Source of the DNA: a virus
Strand: one strand, 5' to 3'
Length of the DNA stretch: 64,000 nt
IMG/VR virus record: IMGVR_UViG_3300036863_000086
Location: 1-64,000 of that record
A program made the translations under genes and the position numbers. The notes under the pieces were generated by a model. That model made no database searches and had not been told where the DNA came from. It saw only the letters and a list, made by a program, of their open reading frames with translations. Numbering within the stretch: position 1 is the first letter of the stretch; every line of letters begins with the position of its first letter. This document shows positions 29,844 to 40,208 of the stretch, piece after piece.

Positions 29844-30353
29844 TCAAATAGACGGCTCAGCCCAAACGATCCAAGGGAGCACGTTAACGCCCGCTGGAGC
29901 CTTGCAGCGAATGCGTAATATCGTATTGACGGGCACTCTTGGTTGAATTCGCACCTCTGGAAACCACACACCATAACCAGATTGTGGATGCACGTGCTGT
30001 GAGTCCAACAGGCGAGCTGCTGTAATGGTACCCTCAACACTCGCATTGTAGCCAGTCGCACTCACGCCACCAACACAAAGACTTAGTGGCGCAAGTGGGT
30101 TTCCCCAATTATCGGGTGTCAACGACGTAACCGTTGCAGCAACGGTTCCGGTATCAATTAAATGTGCAATAACTGGCACACCAGTTCCTGATGTTCCATC
30201 AAATGAGACGCCCCAACCAAGTATTCGAATATCCATTGTCGTTGTTGGTGTTGCTACTTGTAACACCGTTTTTGTTGTTGCTGCGGTGAGCGCAACAACA
30301 ATCGGCTCGAATGGAGCTGCAACCGCACGAGGACTGGCAATATATTCAGACAC
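29844..30353 (-). CDS. virion-associated hypothetical protein
   Basis: GGAGG RBS, beta-rich. Confidence 0.6.
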   Translation of the reverse strand: MSEYIASPRAVAAPFEPIVVALTAATTKTVLQVATPTTTMDIRILGWGVSFDGTSGTGVPVIAHLIDTGTVAATVTSLTPDNWGNPLAPLSLCVGGVSATGYNASVEGTITAARLLDSQHVHPQSGYGVWFPEVRIQPRVPVNTILRIRCKAPAGVNVLPWIVWAEPSI

Positions 30354-30356
30354 AAA

Positions 30357-31259
30357 TCACCTCCCATACATTCCTGTCGTTGCTTGCACGACCGGCCGCA
30401 CTAATTGCTGCCGTCGTAACTGAGGTACTCCCAAACCAGTAGGTTGACTTGTAGTTTCCCGAATCCGCAGCACCGCGCCGACCCCGGTTTGTGTGGCGGC
30501 GGCGGTGGTGGCAGTCAGCACTGGCGCGGCCGAGGACGTTCCCGCTGTACACGCCATCGTGGCGACAATTCGGCGAGCACCAAACCCGCTACTGGTTGAA
30601 GCGTCCTCCTGTTCGGTCATCGTGCCGAAGGTGCAACCGGTGGCGGTGATCGCTTCGACCGAAAATGTGGAGGTAGGGCTAACGGAGCCGCCAGCCAGCC
30701 ACAGCAGCAAATCGTTGGCCTGAATACCCGGGTCGCTCCCACAAGTGACTGACCAGGCTGTATCTGCGATAACGTCCGAGCCGCTGGCAAACCCGGTAAC
30801 CACGGTAGAGCCCGAGGTGGCGCGTTGGACCCCGTGGATGTTGCCGTACACCATCGACGAGTTGGCCGGGTTAACCACGCTGACGGACGTGCCATTTTCC
30901 GAACCGTCCGCATCGGTGGTTTTCCGCCAAACGGAGAGCTTGACGGGGCCAGTGTCAATTCCGGCAGTGCCGGTGCCTCCCCACGCCTCAAACAGTTTCG
31001 TGAACCCGGTCGGGTCGGCAATTGTCGGCGGCTCACCAGTCCCGCTGGATGCTTTGCTGACAACGATCAAGATCGGGATGTCGCCGGCCAGCACACCGGA
31101 CGCCGGATAAGGAATTACAGCGGTGCTGGTGCTGGCAGTCGAGGTGCCCTTCCACACCCAGATAGGCGGTCCAACGGCGAGGATTGGACGAATAATTCGT
31201 GATCCACGAATGATCCGCCTGGCAGGTGGCTTAAGGACATTACGAATTGCCGCTGGCAT
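30357..31259 (-). CDS. T/A/G-rich virion-associated protein
   Basis: Long ORF; domain resembles the C-terminus of 6839..9163 and 31749..32477. Confidence 0.6.
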   Translation of the reverse strand: MPAAIRNVLKPPARRIIRGSRIIRPILAVGPPIWVWKGTSTASTSTAVIPYPASGVLAGDIPILIVVSKASSGTGEPPTIADPTGFTKLFEAWGGTGTAGIDTGPVKLSVWRKTTDADGSENGTSVSVVNPANSSMVYGNIHGVQRATSGSTVVTGFASGSDVIADTAWSVTCGSDPGIQANDLLLWLAGGSVSPTSTFSVEAITATGCTFGTMTEQEDASTSSGFGARRIVATMACTAGTSSAAPVLTATTAAATQTGVGAVLRIRETTSQPTGLGVPQLRRQQLVRPVVQATTGMYGR

Positions 31260-31278
31260 TTATGCGCCCCAATACCAC

Positions 31279-31728
31279 TTACGAGTCCCAGCTAAAATAC
31301 ACGTCGCAAATCTGGCCAGTACCGGTAATTGGGATCAGTCCAACCCCATTGGCGGTCCCCGATGGGATATACAGACCACGCCCACCGAACGTCCAAATAA
31401 CTCCTGATCCAATTGACGCACCAATGCTCGCGCGTCGCAATTCACCGGCGACTGCGGTTGGAGCGGTGCCGGTGTGGGTGTCGGCGGCGATACCCTTGGT
31501 GGTGACGTTAACTTCCTGCTCCTCATAACCCACGCCGGGGACGACCGCGCCAACAGTTCCCAAAGATGAGAACCGCTTGAGGGAAATCGCAAGTGCGAGC
31601 GCAGTGGTATTGAATACACCAACTTCAACAAGCCACAACGCACCGGTCGCCTGCGCGTACACCGACGCCATCGGCAGGGTGGCAGAACCTGCCCCGGCGG
31701 TGCGCCATGCGGCAGCGTAGCGTGCCAT
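31279..31728 (-). CDS. virion-associated hypothetical protein
   Basis: GGAGG RBS. Confidence 0.6.
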   Translation of the reverse strand: MARYAAAWRTAGAGSATLPMASVYAQATGALWLVEVGVFNTTALALAISLKRFSSLGTVGAVVPGVGYEEQEVNVTTKGIAADTHTGTAPTAVAGELRRASIGASIGSGVIWTFGGRGLYIPSGTANGVGLIPITGTGQICDVYFSWDS

Positions 31729-31748
31729 CTATAAATTCACCTCCATCC

Positions 31749-32477
31749 CTAATTTATAGGGCGATAAACGAGACGCTCAGAAGTCACCTGGCGTCCAGCA
31801 ATAAGTACCTGCGGTGCGCCGGCGGTGGCGAGTTTGAATGCCACGGTCATTAGCGCCTTACTGCTCGCGTTCGTTAAAGTCGCGGCGGACTGGCCAGTCG
31901 CCCCAGCGGTCGCCTTCGTCGCCGTGACCATCCCGATCCCACCACCGTTCCCGGCGATTACCCAGTTGTCCATTTGCTCGACAATGTTGGAATACGTAGC
32001 ATTGGTGAGCGCGCCGAGGTTTGCGGTGGAAGCCACATCGGTACCAGTGGCGATGATCTCTAAAATCAGTGTGTCTGCAATGGTGGTGGTCACCCCCGGC
32101 CACGTCGCCGATGTGTCCGAGGTTGCTTCGACCGCGCTCGCGGCGACATCCCACGGGTTGGCGGTGGTCGGGCAGCCACGAATGGCAATCATCCGGCCGA
32201 TGTTATGGTCCCCTGAGTCGCCCAGCGACGGGGCGGTGAACACGCCGTCGTAGCGCGCCCAGATTACCCACAACCTCGTGTTGGTGCCCTCCTGAATTGG
32301 CGACCCAGTGATATGCGCCCACCCGCTTGGCAGCGTGTAGGCGCCGGGGGCGGTGACCCCCTCACATTCCGCAACGGTGACCAGAATGTCGCTGGCGACG
32401 ATGCTGGCCGGAAACGCAGGGGTGATCGCGGCGGTTCCCGACGCAACCGCGCCGACGTTCACAACGGTGGGGGGCAT
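31749..32477 (-). CDS. T/A/G-rich virion-associated protein
   Basis: Coupled ORF; PASIVASDIL, PSGW motifs. Confidence 0.6.
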   Translation of the reverse strand: MPPTVVNVGAVASGTAAITPAFPASIVASDILVTVAECEGVTAPGAYTLPSGWAHITGSPIQEGTNTRLWVIWARYDGVFTAPSLGDSGDHNIGRMIAIRGCPTTANPWDVAASAVEATSDTSATWPGVTTTIADTLILEIIATGTDVASTANLGALTNATYSNIVEQMDNWVIAGNGGGIGMVTATKATAGATGQSAATLTNASSKALMTVAFKLATAGAPQVLIAGRQVTSERLVYRPIN

Positions 32478-34588
32478 CAGGTATCCGCGACACCTTCAGG
32501 GTCAGAATAAATTGCCACATAGTTGGTGGTCGGCGCGTCGGCCGCGTCGAGGATCTGTGTATCGGTGCTGGCCTGCGGGACAGCCACATCGGTCGGGATG
32601 CCGGAAAGCTCGTAATGCAATGTCGCAGACTTCCCCTCGACCGTGGTGGTGGCCAGGCTGCGGGTCCCGAGCGTGTTGGGGTTGACGGCGGCAGTCACGG
32701 TCACGTCCCCAACGGTGCCCAACATCGGCTGTGTGGTGGCCTTGCGGACCGCGTATTCCAGGTACACCGCGTGGACGCCCATGTCGGGGGCCGCGTCGGT
32801 GGAGAAACCGACCCGGATCGCAGCGGCGCCCAGCTTGGCGACTGTCCACCCATTGGCGGATGGCCAGGTCGCGCACTGCCAGCGCGGCTCAGTGGAGGAG
32901 ACCGCTGTCGGGCTGGCCGCATCGTAGGAAACACTGGTGTCGACCAGGACCGTTTCAGCGGTCCCGTCAAAGCCACGAATTCCCAATGTGCCGGTGCCCG
33001 CCCCGGTGCCACCCCAGGCGGGCACCAACATCCGCACTCCGGTCACCACCTCGCCGGCGGCCACCGTCGGAGCGGCCATGGGGAACTCCATGTAATCGGA
33101 ACTGGCGGTGGCGGTTTGGACCACCCCATCGGCGCTGGCGGAGATGGTCGGGGGGACCTCATCCAACGCGTTGCGCGCGTTGGTGGCATTCCACGCGCCC
33201 AAGGTTCCGTTAGCAGTAAATACGCTGAAGTTACTGCTGGTGCCAAACACGGTGGGAGTGCCAGCCAAATCCACCGTGAGCAGCCGGATCTCATGGGGGC
33301 CGAGCGGGTAGGCGGAATAGTTTTGGGACAGCACCGCATCATCATAATCAGCCGTCATCGTTTGCGAGCCCGAGGCGCCAAGTTCCAGCATGACCATGGA
33401 AGTCGCAGACTGCCCTGTCAGGTCCGCGCCGGTCTGGTCGGTATAAGTGCCAGCGGCAGTTTCAAGCCGCCAGTCAACATGCCACGTCGAGGTAGTTGTC
33501 TTGGCGCGCAGGTCAACCCACACCCAGGTATTCGTAGCGGTAGTGCCAGGCTGCCAGGAAACGGTGCCAGTAGTGCCGCAGCGTGCTCCAAATTTGGCAT
33601 TGGTCGCGTCATACAGCAGCTCGGTAAGATGAGTGCCGGTGTTAGCAGTCAACGATGCGACCACGACCGTGCCGGTGGCGGAAACAATTCGGACGTTGAA
33701 TCCAGCCGCTGCGGCCTTGGTGTTCATGTTTCCCGTTCGGACATACCCAGCGGCGGCAGACTGCACCACTTGCAGCCCATAGACGGAGGTACGGGCAGAA
33801 CCAGCCTGAATAAAATAGCTGGTCCCCCAAGTCCCGCCGGTGGTGGCAAACGGCGCGCCCAGCAGAGATGAGGAGCCGGTGTGGGAGTTAATCCCGCCGT
33901 GGGTGCCCTGCTCGAATCCAGCGAGGATATGGAGCGGCGCGACGATCACGGAGTCGGCAGCGGCGTAGGCGATCGTAATCGCGTCAACGCTGGCCGGGCT
34001 GCCAGAGGTAGCAAATACCGCCGTGGTGTTGAACTGGCCGGTCTGACCGGTGACGAACCGTCTGGCCACCGCGAGCGTCCTCGCCGTGTTCGGGTCGCTT
34101 ATGTCGGCGACCTCGGCGAAGTTGTCGGTCCAGCCGCTCCACGACTGCACATCGCCGGCTGTAACCGTCGCGCTGACCACACCAAACACGACCGTATCCA
34201 GCGCGGCGGTTAGTGGGGTTGTCGGCAAGGTGGCTGTGTTGCCGTTCGAGACCAGACCAGTGGAACCGGCCGAGGCGTCCACGGCGACGGCAGGTTCAAT
34301 GTTGGTCATCTCGCAGACATACCAGGAAAACAGCGTGGCAGTTGCAGTCGTGAACGTCCAAGACGACTCGCCGGCAGTGACCTCGGACTTGTGCGAGGCG
34401 ATCACCGTGCCAACGGCGCGGTCGGTGACGAACCCGGCCGGGCCGACGGCCTCAAGCCCACCAGTGATGATGACCACCACGGTATTGCCAGCGGTGGTCC
34501 CTAACGGCAGGGTCACGCTGACGCTGGTGCTGGTCGTGGTCGTGAACCCGGTGTTCTCCTGGATCACGTTCACGTCGCTCAACGGCAT
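32477..34588 (-). CDS. large beta-rich virion/receptor-binding candidate
   Basis: 703 aa, AGGAG RBS, LamG-like central region. Confidence 0.6.
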   Translation of the reverse strand: MPLSDVNVIQENTGFTTTTSTSVSVTLPLGTTAGNTVVVIITGGLEAVGPAGFVTDRAVGTVIASHKSEVTAGESSWTFTTATATLFSWYVCEMTNIEPAVAVDASAGSTGLVSNGNTATLPTTPLTAALDTVVFGVVSATVTAGDVQSWSGWTDNFAEVADISDPNTARTLAVARRFVTGQTGQFNTTAVFATSGSPASVDAITIAYAAADSVIVAPLHILAGFEQGTHGGINSHTGSSSLLGAPFATTGGTWGTSYFIQAGSARTSVYGLQVVQSAAAGYVRTGNMNTKAAAAGFNVRIVSATGTVVVASLTANTGTHLTELLYDATNAKFGARCGTTGTVSWQPGTTATNTWVWVDLRAKTTTSTWHVDWRLETAAGTYTDQTGADLTGQSATSMVMLELGASGSQTMTADYDDAVLSQNYSAYPLGPHEIRLLTVDLAGTPTVFGTSSNFSVFTANGTLGAWNATNARNALDEVPPTISASADGVVQTATASSDYMEFPMAAPTVAAGEVVTGVRMLVPAWGGTGAGTGTLGIRGFDGTAETVLVDTSVSYDAASPTAVSSTEPRWQCATWPSANGWTVAKLGAAAIRVGFSTDAAPDMGVHAVYLEYAVRKATTQPMLGTVGDVTVTAAVNPNTLGTRSLATTTVEGKSATLHYELSGIPTDVAVPQASTDTQILDAADAPTTNYVAIYSDPEGVADT

Positions 34589-34606
34589 GACTGCTCCTTT
34601 TGGTTG

Positions 34607-35485
34607 CTAAAGCTTAAAAATCCTGTTCGTACCAGAGTCAAATGCAATGACGATGTTGCCGCCGTTTGGCGTCACTGGAAGCCCAGAGCCAGCAAGTACA
34701 ATAAGTCCTTGATTACCGGCAGCAATTGCGCCAGGCAGTGCTGTGCAGGTAAGGTTGCGGTTTCCTGCTGTTCCAGCAACTGTTGATGCCGTAACGCCAT
34801 TCGAGAAAACAACTGTCTGTGACGACACAGTTGCCGGAAGTGGCTTGTCCACCCAAATGGTTGTTGCTGAAGATGCCGCATCGGCAGCAACAACACCAAG
34901 GAATTTTCCAGTAATCAATGCGACCAATTCCGAAGTTGATGCAACAGCGGTGTCACGAATAATCACGACAGCTTCCACAGAGGAGCCAGAAACAGCCGTA
35001 AACGTCACGTCGTCAGCATCCGCGACACCGGCTGCCTTCGTCTTGTTGGCAAGTGCTGGTGATAGCGCACCGACAATGCCACCATCAAGGTCATCCCAAA
35101 AGTCACCAACCGTGCCAGCAGTCTGCCCAAGATCGACGCAATAGCCAGTTGCACCGCCAACACCACTGCCAACGGAGTTCGTACCGTCATAATATCGCGT
35201 TAGCGAAAACACCGAACCCGATGCAGCAGTAATCTTCCACAGGCCATTTGCTGCGACGTTCGTCGTATGGTCGCTAATATACACGGTATCGCCAGTTGCA
35301 AATCCGTGTGCCACTGCGGTTGTTACGACAATTGGCGTTGCGTTTGTGGAGCTGGAAATTTGGCGAACGCCAACATCGCTCGTGCCTGTCAAGTGAACAA
35401 GCGCAGCCTTAAAGGTCTGCGCATCCCAGTCCAAGTCCGCACCAAGGAATTTCTCCCTGGCCAGCTCAAATAGAGCATTTACCAT
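34607..35485 (-). CDS. virion protein with FCCH-like beta domain insertion
   Basis: ISSSTNATPIVVTT..AHGF.TGD.V.I; GLPVTPNGG.I...D.G.N.IF.L. Confidence 0.65.
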   Translation of the reverse strand: MVNALFELAREKFLGADLDWDAQTFKAALVHLTGTSDVGVRQISSSTNATPIVVTTAVAHGFATGDTVYISDHTTNVAANGLWKITAASGSVFSLTRYYDGTNSVGSGVGGATGYCVDLGQTAGTVGDFWDDLDGGIVGALSPALANKTKAAGVADADDVTFTAVSGSSVEAVVIIRDTAVASTSELVALITGKFLGVVAADAASSATTIWVDKPLPATVSSQTVVFSNGVTASTVAGTAGNRNLTCTALPGAIAAGNQGLIVLAGSGLPVTPNGGNIVIAFDSGTNRIFKL

Positions 35486-35494
35486 TGATCCCCC

Positions 35495-35686
35495 TTACTT
35501 TTCCTTCGGATTGGCCTCACGGCCACGCTGCGTAATCCAGCCAAACCGTGAGGATGTTTCTCCCTTGTTTTCCTGTTGCAGCGTCGAGGAGGCTCGTGTG
35601 CCACCGCGCTCAACTTGGTCACGCATGCGTTCTTCTCGCGCTGGGTTATCATCCTTATGACCAAACAAATTACCAAAAAATCCCAA
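35495..35686 (-). CDS. hypothetical protein
   Basis: GGAGG RBS before TTG. Confidence 0.5.
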   Translation of the reverse strand: MGFFGNLFGHKDDNPAREERMRDQVERGGTRASSTLQQENKGETSSRFGWITQRGREANPKEK

Positions 35687-35697
35687 GTTAGTCCCTC

Positions 35698-35865
35698 CTA
35701 TCCATGACGGTTATTCCTCCAGCTTGGAAGTCCAAGCACAAAGCTGACGGCCATGCCAAGCGCCCAGAATCCAAGTCCAAGCGCCAGCATGTTCACGTTG
35801 CCAAGATGCCCACCGAGCGACCACACAAAGAAGATAATCGCAGCGACCAGAATGAAAATGTTCAC
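35698..35865 (-). CDS. small membrane protein (55 aa, MNIFILVAAII...)
   Basis: Read manually; two hydrophobic segments; GGAGG RBS; GTGA overlap. Confidence 0.55.
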   Translation of the reverse strand: MNIFILVAAIIFFVWSLGGHLGNVNMLALGLGFWALGMAVSFVLGLPSWRNNRHG

Positions 35866-36296
35866 GGACTCCCTCCTGCCTGGAGTTTCTTTAACACATC
35901 GAGAATCTCCTGCGTATCAACCTTTCCATTGCCATTACCGTCGATGATCTTTTTGAGAATGTCATTCGTCTGCGCCTGCTGCCGCTTATGACATTTGCCA
36001 TCAGGGCGAATACAGTCGTCGATCTCAAAAATCGCCGCTCTGGCACTAGTACCCTGTGAGAGAAACTCATTATTTCTGCTTACCTGCTTGAAGAGCAATG
36101 TGCCAATAACGAGCCCACTAATAACAAGTACCACAATAATGCCTGTCAGCGTCGCTGCCATGCGCCGCAAAAGTCGAACCTGTTGAGACGCAATATCAAA
36201 GCGCTTAGCAAGTTCAGCAACAACGCTCGTTAGATCAGCAGCCTCCTCTCGGAGGTCCTTAACATCTTTTTGAGCCTGGGGATCTACCGGCATCAT
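35862..36296 (-). CDS. membrane protein of lysis cassette (EF-hand-like DGNGNGKVD)
   Basis: One TM helix; downstream of lysin. Confidence 0.6.
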   Translation of the reverse strand: MMPVDPQAQKDVKDLREEAADLTSVVAELAKRFDIASQQVRLLRRMAATLTGIIVVLVISGLVIGTLLFKQVSRNNEFLSQGTSARAAIFEIDDCIRPDGKCHKRQQAQTNDILKKIIDGNGNGKVDTQEILDVLKKLQAGGSP

Positions 36297-36483
36297 TCCC
36301 CCGTTCAATATGCCGTTCAATCATTGGCAAAATCTCATCTGCCGCCTGCTCAAAGCGAGTCGCAACCTCTTCCAATCTCCCAATCATCTTACCGATTTTT
36401 ACAAAATCATTCTCAGTCTTTTTTTCAACCTTGTCTGTAATACTCTCACGCTCACTTCCCCTACCCAAAAACGTGAAGCGCAT
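36259..36483 (-). CDS. hypothetical protein of lysis cassette
   Basis: ATG 36483, coiled-coil-like. Confidence 0.5.
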   Translation of the reverse strand: MRFTFLGRGSERESITDKVEKKTENDFVKIGKMIGRLEEVATRFEQAADEILPMIERHIERGNDAGRSPGSKRC

Positions 36484-36490
36484 AACAGCA

Positions 36491-36814
36491 TCACAGCTTC
36501 CTATCGATGAGCGGAGCAAGTTGTTCGAGAATTTGCGTGCTTCTGACAAGTGCGGGAATTGCCTTTTCCACAAGTCCTGCCTGCAAGGAAGATATCTGCC
36601 CATCCTTTTGCTCGATGATCTTATCTTTCATGGCTAAACGAACTTCGAGACTTGCAACTTCCTTCTCAGTACGCACTTTGCCAATGATGAACATGATTAG
36701 CCAAATACCTGCGACCCCAATGTTCGTAAGCCAGGTGATAGGGTCATTTAGTGGCTCTGTTGCAGCAATAACAATAATTGTTGCTGTTGCTGCAATTGGC
36801 AAGGTAAACGTCAA
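36491..36814 (-). CDS. holin-like membrane protein
   Basis: TM helix plus coil directly after endolysin; start uncertain. Confidence 0.5.
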   Translation of the reverse strand: MTFTLPIAATATIIVIAATEPLNDPITWLTNIGVAGIWLIMFIIGKVRTEKEVASLEVRLAMKDKIIEQKDGQISSLQAGLVEKAIPALVRSTQILEQLAPLIDRKL

Positions 36815-36815
36815 A

Positions 36816-37904
36816 TTACTGTGCCTTAAAGACAAGTCCCTGCAAAACTGCAAGGAAATCTGTTTTTAGCTGTTCATGGTCGATGGTCACATCAATAGGT
36901 ACGCCCTGATTCTCTAGCGCAGTCACAACCGCCTGCGCGAGAATTGCCGGGTCAGTTGTCGATGCAGTCAAAGCTGCCAAAATCTTTGACTCATCGTCAG
37001 ACAACGTACTTGTTAGGCCATTAATCTTTGCCTCAATGCTCTGTAGTCGGCTAGCAAGGATCGAGAACGCTCGAACATTATTACTCTGGCCAAACTGAAT
37101 GATGTCCATAGCGCCGCTGATACGAAACAGCTCACTAACACCAGCTTTAACCTGAGCCTTGACATTATCCAAGTCAGTTGTATCGAGTGGCATATCTCCT
37201 CCTACAGGCCACTGACCGTAATCAGCTTTAACCGATCGATCGATATCACACTGTATACCGTCGATTGTCACGTGAAACTTGCCGCTCGCACCATCTGGGA
37301 ACTGCTGAATGTGTGTTGCTGAATGCCATTGTTTGTCTGACCAGGCATACGTCTGCCAAAACCACTTTGCTACTCCATCACCAACTGCCCAATCAACGAC
37401 ATAATACGAGCCGTACACACCAACTCGATCTACTCCCAAAACGCTAACAGCACCCTGAAGGAAACTACGAGCCAGCTTATAAGTATCGAAAGTATTAAAG
37501 TCCACAGAGTCAGCACTAAAGTAAATCGGCCGATCGTCTGGTAACCCGCAGAGCTTTGCCATTGTAAGCGAGTTCCTAGCCGCTTCCACACCGCGTGAAT
37601 ACCCACTCGTCATCGCCGTCGCACTAGTTTCCCAATTTGTAAACATCTGAATGCCAGCATCGATGTACGCTTGGACCTCCTTTGGCCGTAAGCACTTTGT
37701 TGGCCATGTTGATGGATCAGTTAATGTAACTGGACTTGTCCATCTATCAGCAATGTAATGACTACAAAATTTCACTCCCGCCGCTACTAAGGCAGATGCC
37801 GAAGGCGGCGGTCGTGATGACTGGTCAATCCCAAACATAAACATTGCTCCATCATAGTTGAGGACAGTGTCGTCGTATATTATAGGAGCATCGTAAACAG
37901 TCAT
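36816..37904 (-). CDS. endolysin, DUF1906/GH25-like glycoside hydrolase
   Basis: G..A...A...G.P.DRPIYFS.D, GVYG.Y, WQTYAWS, D.D....DYGQW. Confidence 0.85.
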   Translation of the reverse strand: MTVYDAPIIYDDTVLNYDGAMFMFGIDQSSRPPPSASALVAAGVKFCSHYIADRWTSPVTLTDPSTWPTKCLRPKEVQAYIDAGIQMFTNWETSATAMTSGYSRGVEAARNSLTMAKLCGLPDDRPIYFSADSVDFNTFDTYKLARSFLQGAVSVLGVDRVGVYGSYYVVDWAVGDGVAKWFWQTYAWSDKQWHSATHIQQFPDGASGKFHVTIDGIQCDIDRSVKADYGQWPVGGDMPLDTTDLDNVKAQVKAGVSELFRISGAMDIIQFGQSNNVRAFSILASRLQSIEAKINGLTSTLSDDESKILAALTASTTDPAILAQAVVTALENQGVPIDVTIDHEQLKTDFLAVLQGLVFKAQ

Positions 37905-38677
37905 CGGACAATAAACTGTTTGAGGTCGACACCAGTTAACTGCTCGTATGTCCGCATGCGCATACGGAAGTAGCCACTCTCGCCCCAACCCGTTCCCCAT
38001 GAGTTCGCAAAAACAATCGTCGATGAGTAGAAGTTAACCTCATCGACTTCGATCGCAAGTGCCTCAACTTCATGGCCACCAGCAATGCCAGAAGATTGCC
38101 ATTTCGGATCGGCGTCAATGTAGCTGTTTCGCTCTAGGTAAAAGAATGCGTTATACCAAGGCATGCCAACAAGCACTGGGCCATCTTGCAGAAGCCTCGC
38201 AAAGCCATGTGGCGTTCTCGCCCAACGATAGCCAGTAATTGTTTTGCGCGTCTTTAGTACCTTGCAAACGGCAAGGCCAGAACTACCAGTATCATCGGGC
38301 GGATAGTAGCCAGCATACGGATCTCGATTTGTTGCGTCTGAATAGAGCCGCACCGCAAAATCCTCAGTCAGCTCGTCAAGGCCAAACTGCCCAAGTGTAT
38401 TTTCGGCAAGCAGCTTTGTCGCAAATGGCTCCGTTCCTAATGTGCCAGTGCCCGCGTTACCAGTGCATGAGCCAAGATTGCCTTGATCGAGAATCGAAAC
38501 TTTGCGCTCCCAATGAATCGACTTCAACGGCTGTCCGAACATCGCTTCAGTGTCGTTCTCAACCATGTACGCAAGTGAGCGTGCATCGAGCCAAAGATTT
38601 CGACCAAGCCGACGTGTTGTTGTCTCAATGCCTCGATCGAAAATCTGGTAGAGCATTCCCTGACTGAGCAGCGACAT
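37901..38677 (-). CDS. papain-like (C1) cysteine peptidase
   Basis: DQGNLGSCTG, GGHEV, NSWGTGWGESGYF. Confidence 0.9.
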   Translation of the reverse strand: MSLLSQGMLYQIFDRGIETTTRRLGRNLWLDARSLAYMVENDTEAMFGQPLKSIHWERKVSILDQGNLGSCTGNAGTGTLGTEPFATKLLAENTLGQFGLDELTEDFAVRLYSDATNRDPYAGYYPPDDTGSSGLAVCKVLKTRKTITGYRWARTPHGFARLLQDGPVLVGMPWYNAFFYLERNSYIDADPKWQSSGIAGGHEVEALAIEVDEVNFYSSTIVFANSWGTGWGESGYFRMRMRTYEQLTGVDLKQFIVR

Positions 38678-38687
38678 TCGCTATCCT

Positions 38688-40208
38688 TTATGCGCTGTTG
38701 TTCGTTGGTCCACCAACCCGCTTTCCGCCAGGTCCAATCGGCGGGCTTGGTGACTGTCGTGGCAAGCCAGGTTGCGCACCACTTGATTTTGTCGTTGCTG
38801 GAACGTTCGGCATTTGACCAGGCGTTTGCTGTTGCTGCATCTTCTGCGCTTCACGCTTCGCTTCCTCGACCCTGTCGGTCTTCTCATCTTTCGTCGGCAA
38901 GTCCATTTCATCACGGACCCAATCTTCCAGCTTGTCATCAGGATGGAGGACATTCGCACCAATGAAGTTGCGGATCGCAAAGCTCATCGTGCGCCAGTCA
39001 GTTGTTTCGCCAACGCGACGAACCTTGAGCTGCGGGTAGCCGTTCGCGGTATACGTGAAGTTGAAATCCACAAGCTGTGGAACGGCGTACTTGTTGATCG
39101 TGTCACGAACCACATCAGCAATGTAACGACTGCTCTTCAAGAAAAGGTCAGCATCCGTTTCGACATTCCCAGCCCTTTTATCGAGGAACTGGCCAAGAAT
39201 GTTCGACATAATCATCAAGTTGTGATGCTGAATCGAGACAATTGCATCAACTGGTTGTCCTTCCAGCTTTGCAAACGCAATATCCCACATTGGAGGCAGC
39301 ACAACGTGGGCCTTTTCGTTTACACGCAAGTTGCGACCAATCTCATCAGCGAGCCGTCGGTCAGTTTCGCTGAAGTTTGGCGGCAACTTGATGATCGGGA
39401 TGCCAATCCCATGCCGTTCCTTCTGAATGGCATCAATCTTGTAAAGGTTATCCTTGAAATACCAGTGCTTGTAGGCTGAGCGCAGCGCAGAAATGCCAGT
39501 AATGACACCAGCTTCCTTGTCGTTCGTAAAGACAAGGAGCTTGTCGATTGGAATGAACACCGAGTTTGTCTGCGTGAAGCTGTAGTCATACATCGTGACG
39601 CCACGTGGTCCGCCGTTTTCGTCCCACCACCACTGCGTCACATCGAGCGGGTGGCGCGGCGCAAGTTTTTTCCACACCACACGCTGTTCGCCGTCGACCA
39701 CTCGGTTGTCAAAGACCTTTTCAAACATAAAGTAGCCAAAGTCGAGCATCAACAGCGCTTGCGTAAGTAGGTCCATCCAAGAAATCGACATGTACTCCGT
39801 CAAGCACTTCCAAACGAAGTTTGCGATTTTCTCGTCGCGTGCAGAGCTTGACGCTGGCTGCACAAACCAGCGACCAGCAAGCACCGGAGTTTTCAGTAGG
39901 CGAAGGCTTGAGCGAATCGCAGCATCGCTGCGGCGCATCTCGTCAAATCGCCGAAGACCAGCTTGTCCTCGCAGCGCTGGGTTATACTCATCCCGAAGAA
40001 AATGGCCATACATCGTCGAGCCAGTTGACCCAAGTTCATAACCAGGGTCGGGTGGCGGTTCTTTGAACATACGCTGCTGCACAATAATGTAGCCGTCATT
40101 CGAAACAGAGATCGGCTCATATTGCTCGAACAATGCTTCGAGCGTTGTCGTCTCCACAGGAGACTGTGGAGTGCTTGGGCGAAACTCTTGCAGCGGTGTG
40201 CCCATCAA
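38688..40208 (-). CDS. portal protein (DUF935/Mu gp29-like)
   Basis: EMRRSD, GYFMFEKV, G.S.LR.AY..WYFK, ER.G.GIP; follows TerL. Confidence 0.9.
   Translation of the reverse strand: MMGTPLQEFRPSTPQSPVETTTLEALFEQYEPISVSNDGYIIVQQRMFKEPPPDPGYELGSTGSTMYGHFLRDEYNPALRGQAGLRRFDEMRRSDAAIRSSLRLLKTPVLAGRWFVQPASSSARDEKIANFVWKCLTEYMSISWMDLLTQALLMLDFGYFMFEKVFDNRVVDGEQRVVWKKLAPRHPLDVTQWWWDENGGPRGVTMYDYSFTQTNSVFIPIDKLLVFTNDKEAGVITGISALRSAYKHWYFKDNLYKIDAIQKERHGIGIPIIKLPPNFSETDRRLADEIGRNLRVNEKAHVVLPPMWDIAFAKLEGQPVDAIVSIQHHNLMIMSNILGQFLDKRAGNVETDADLFLKSSRYIADVVRDTINKYAVPQLVDFNFTYTANGYPQLKVRRVGETTDWRTMSFAIRNFIGANVLHPDDKLEDWVRDEMDLPTKDEKTDRVEEAKREAQKMQQQQTPGQMPNVPATTKSSGAQPGLPRQSPSPPIGPGGKRVGGPTNNSA

Noticed and set aside
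32615-33871. 418-aa + strand ORF (also 40133..41644, 25924..27057 and 54277..55293)
   Set aside because: Antisense shadows of well-supported genes; no motifs
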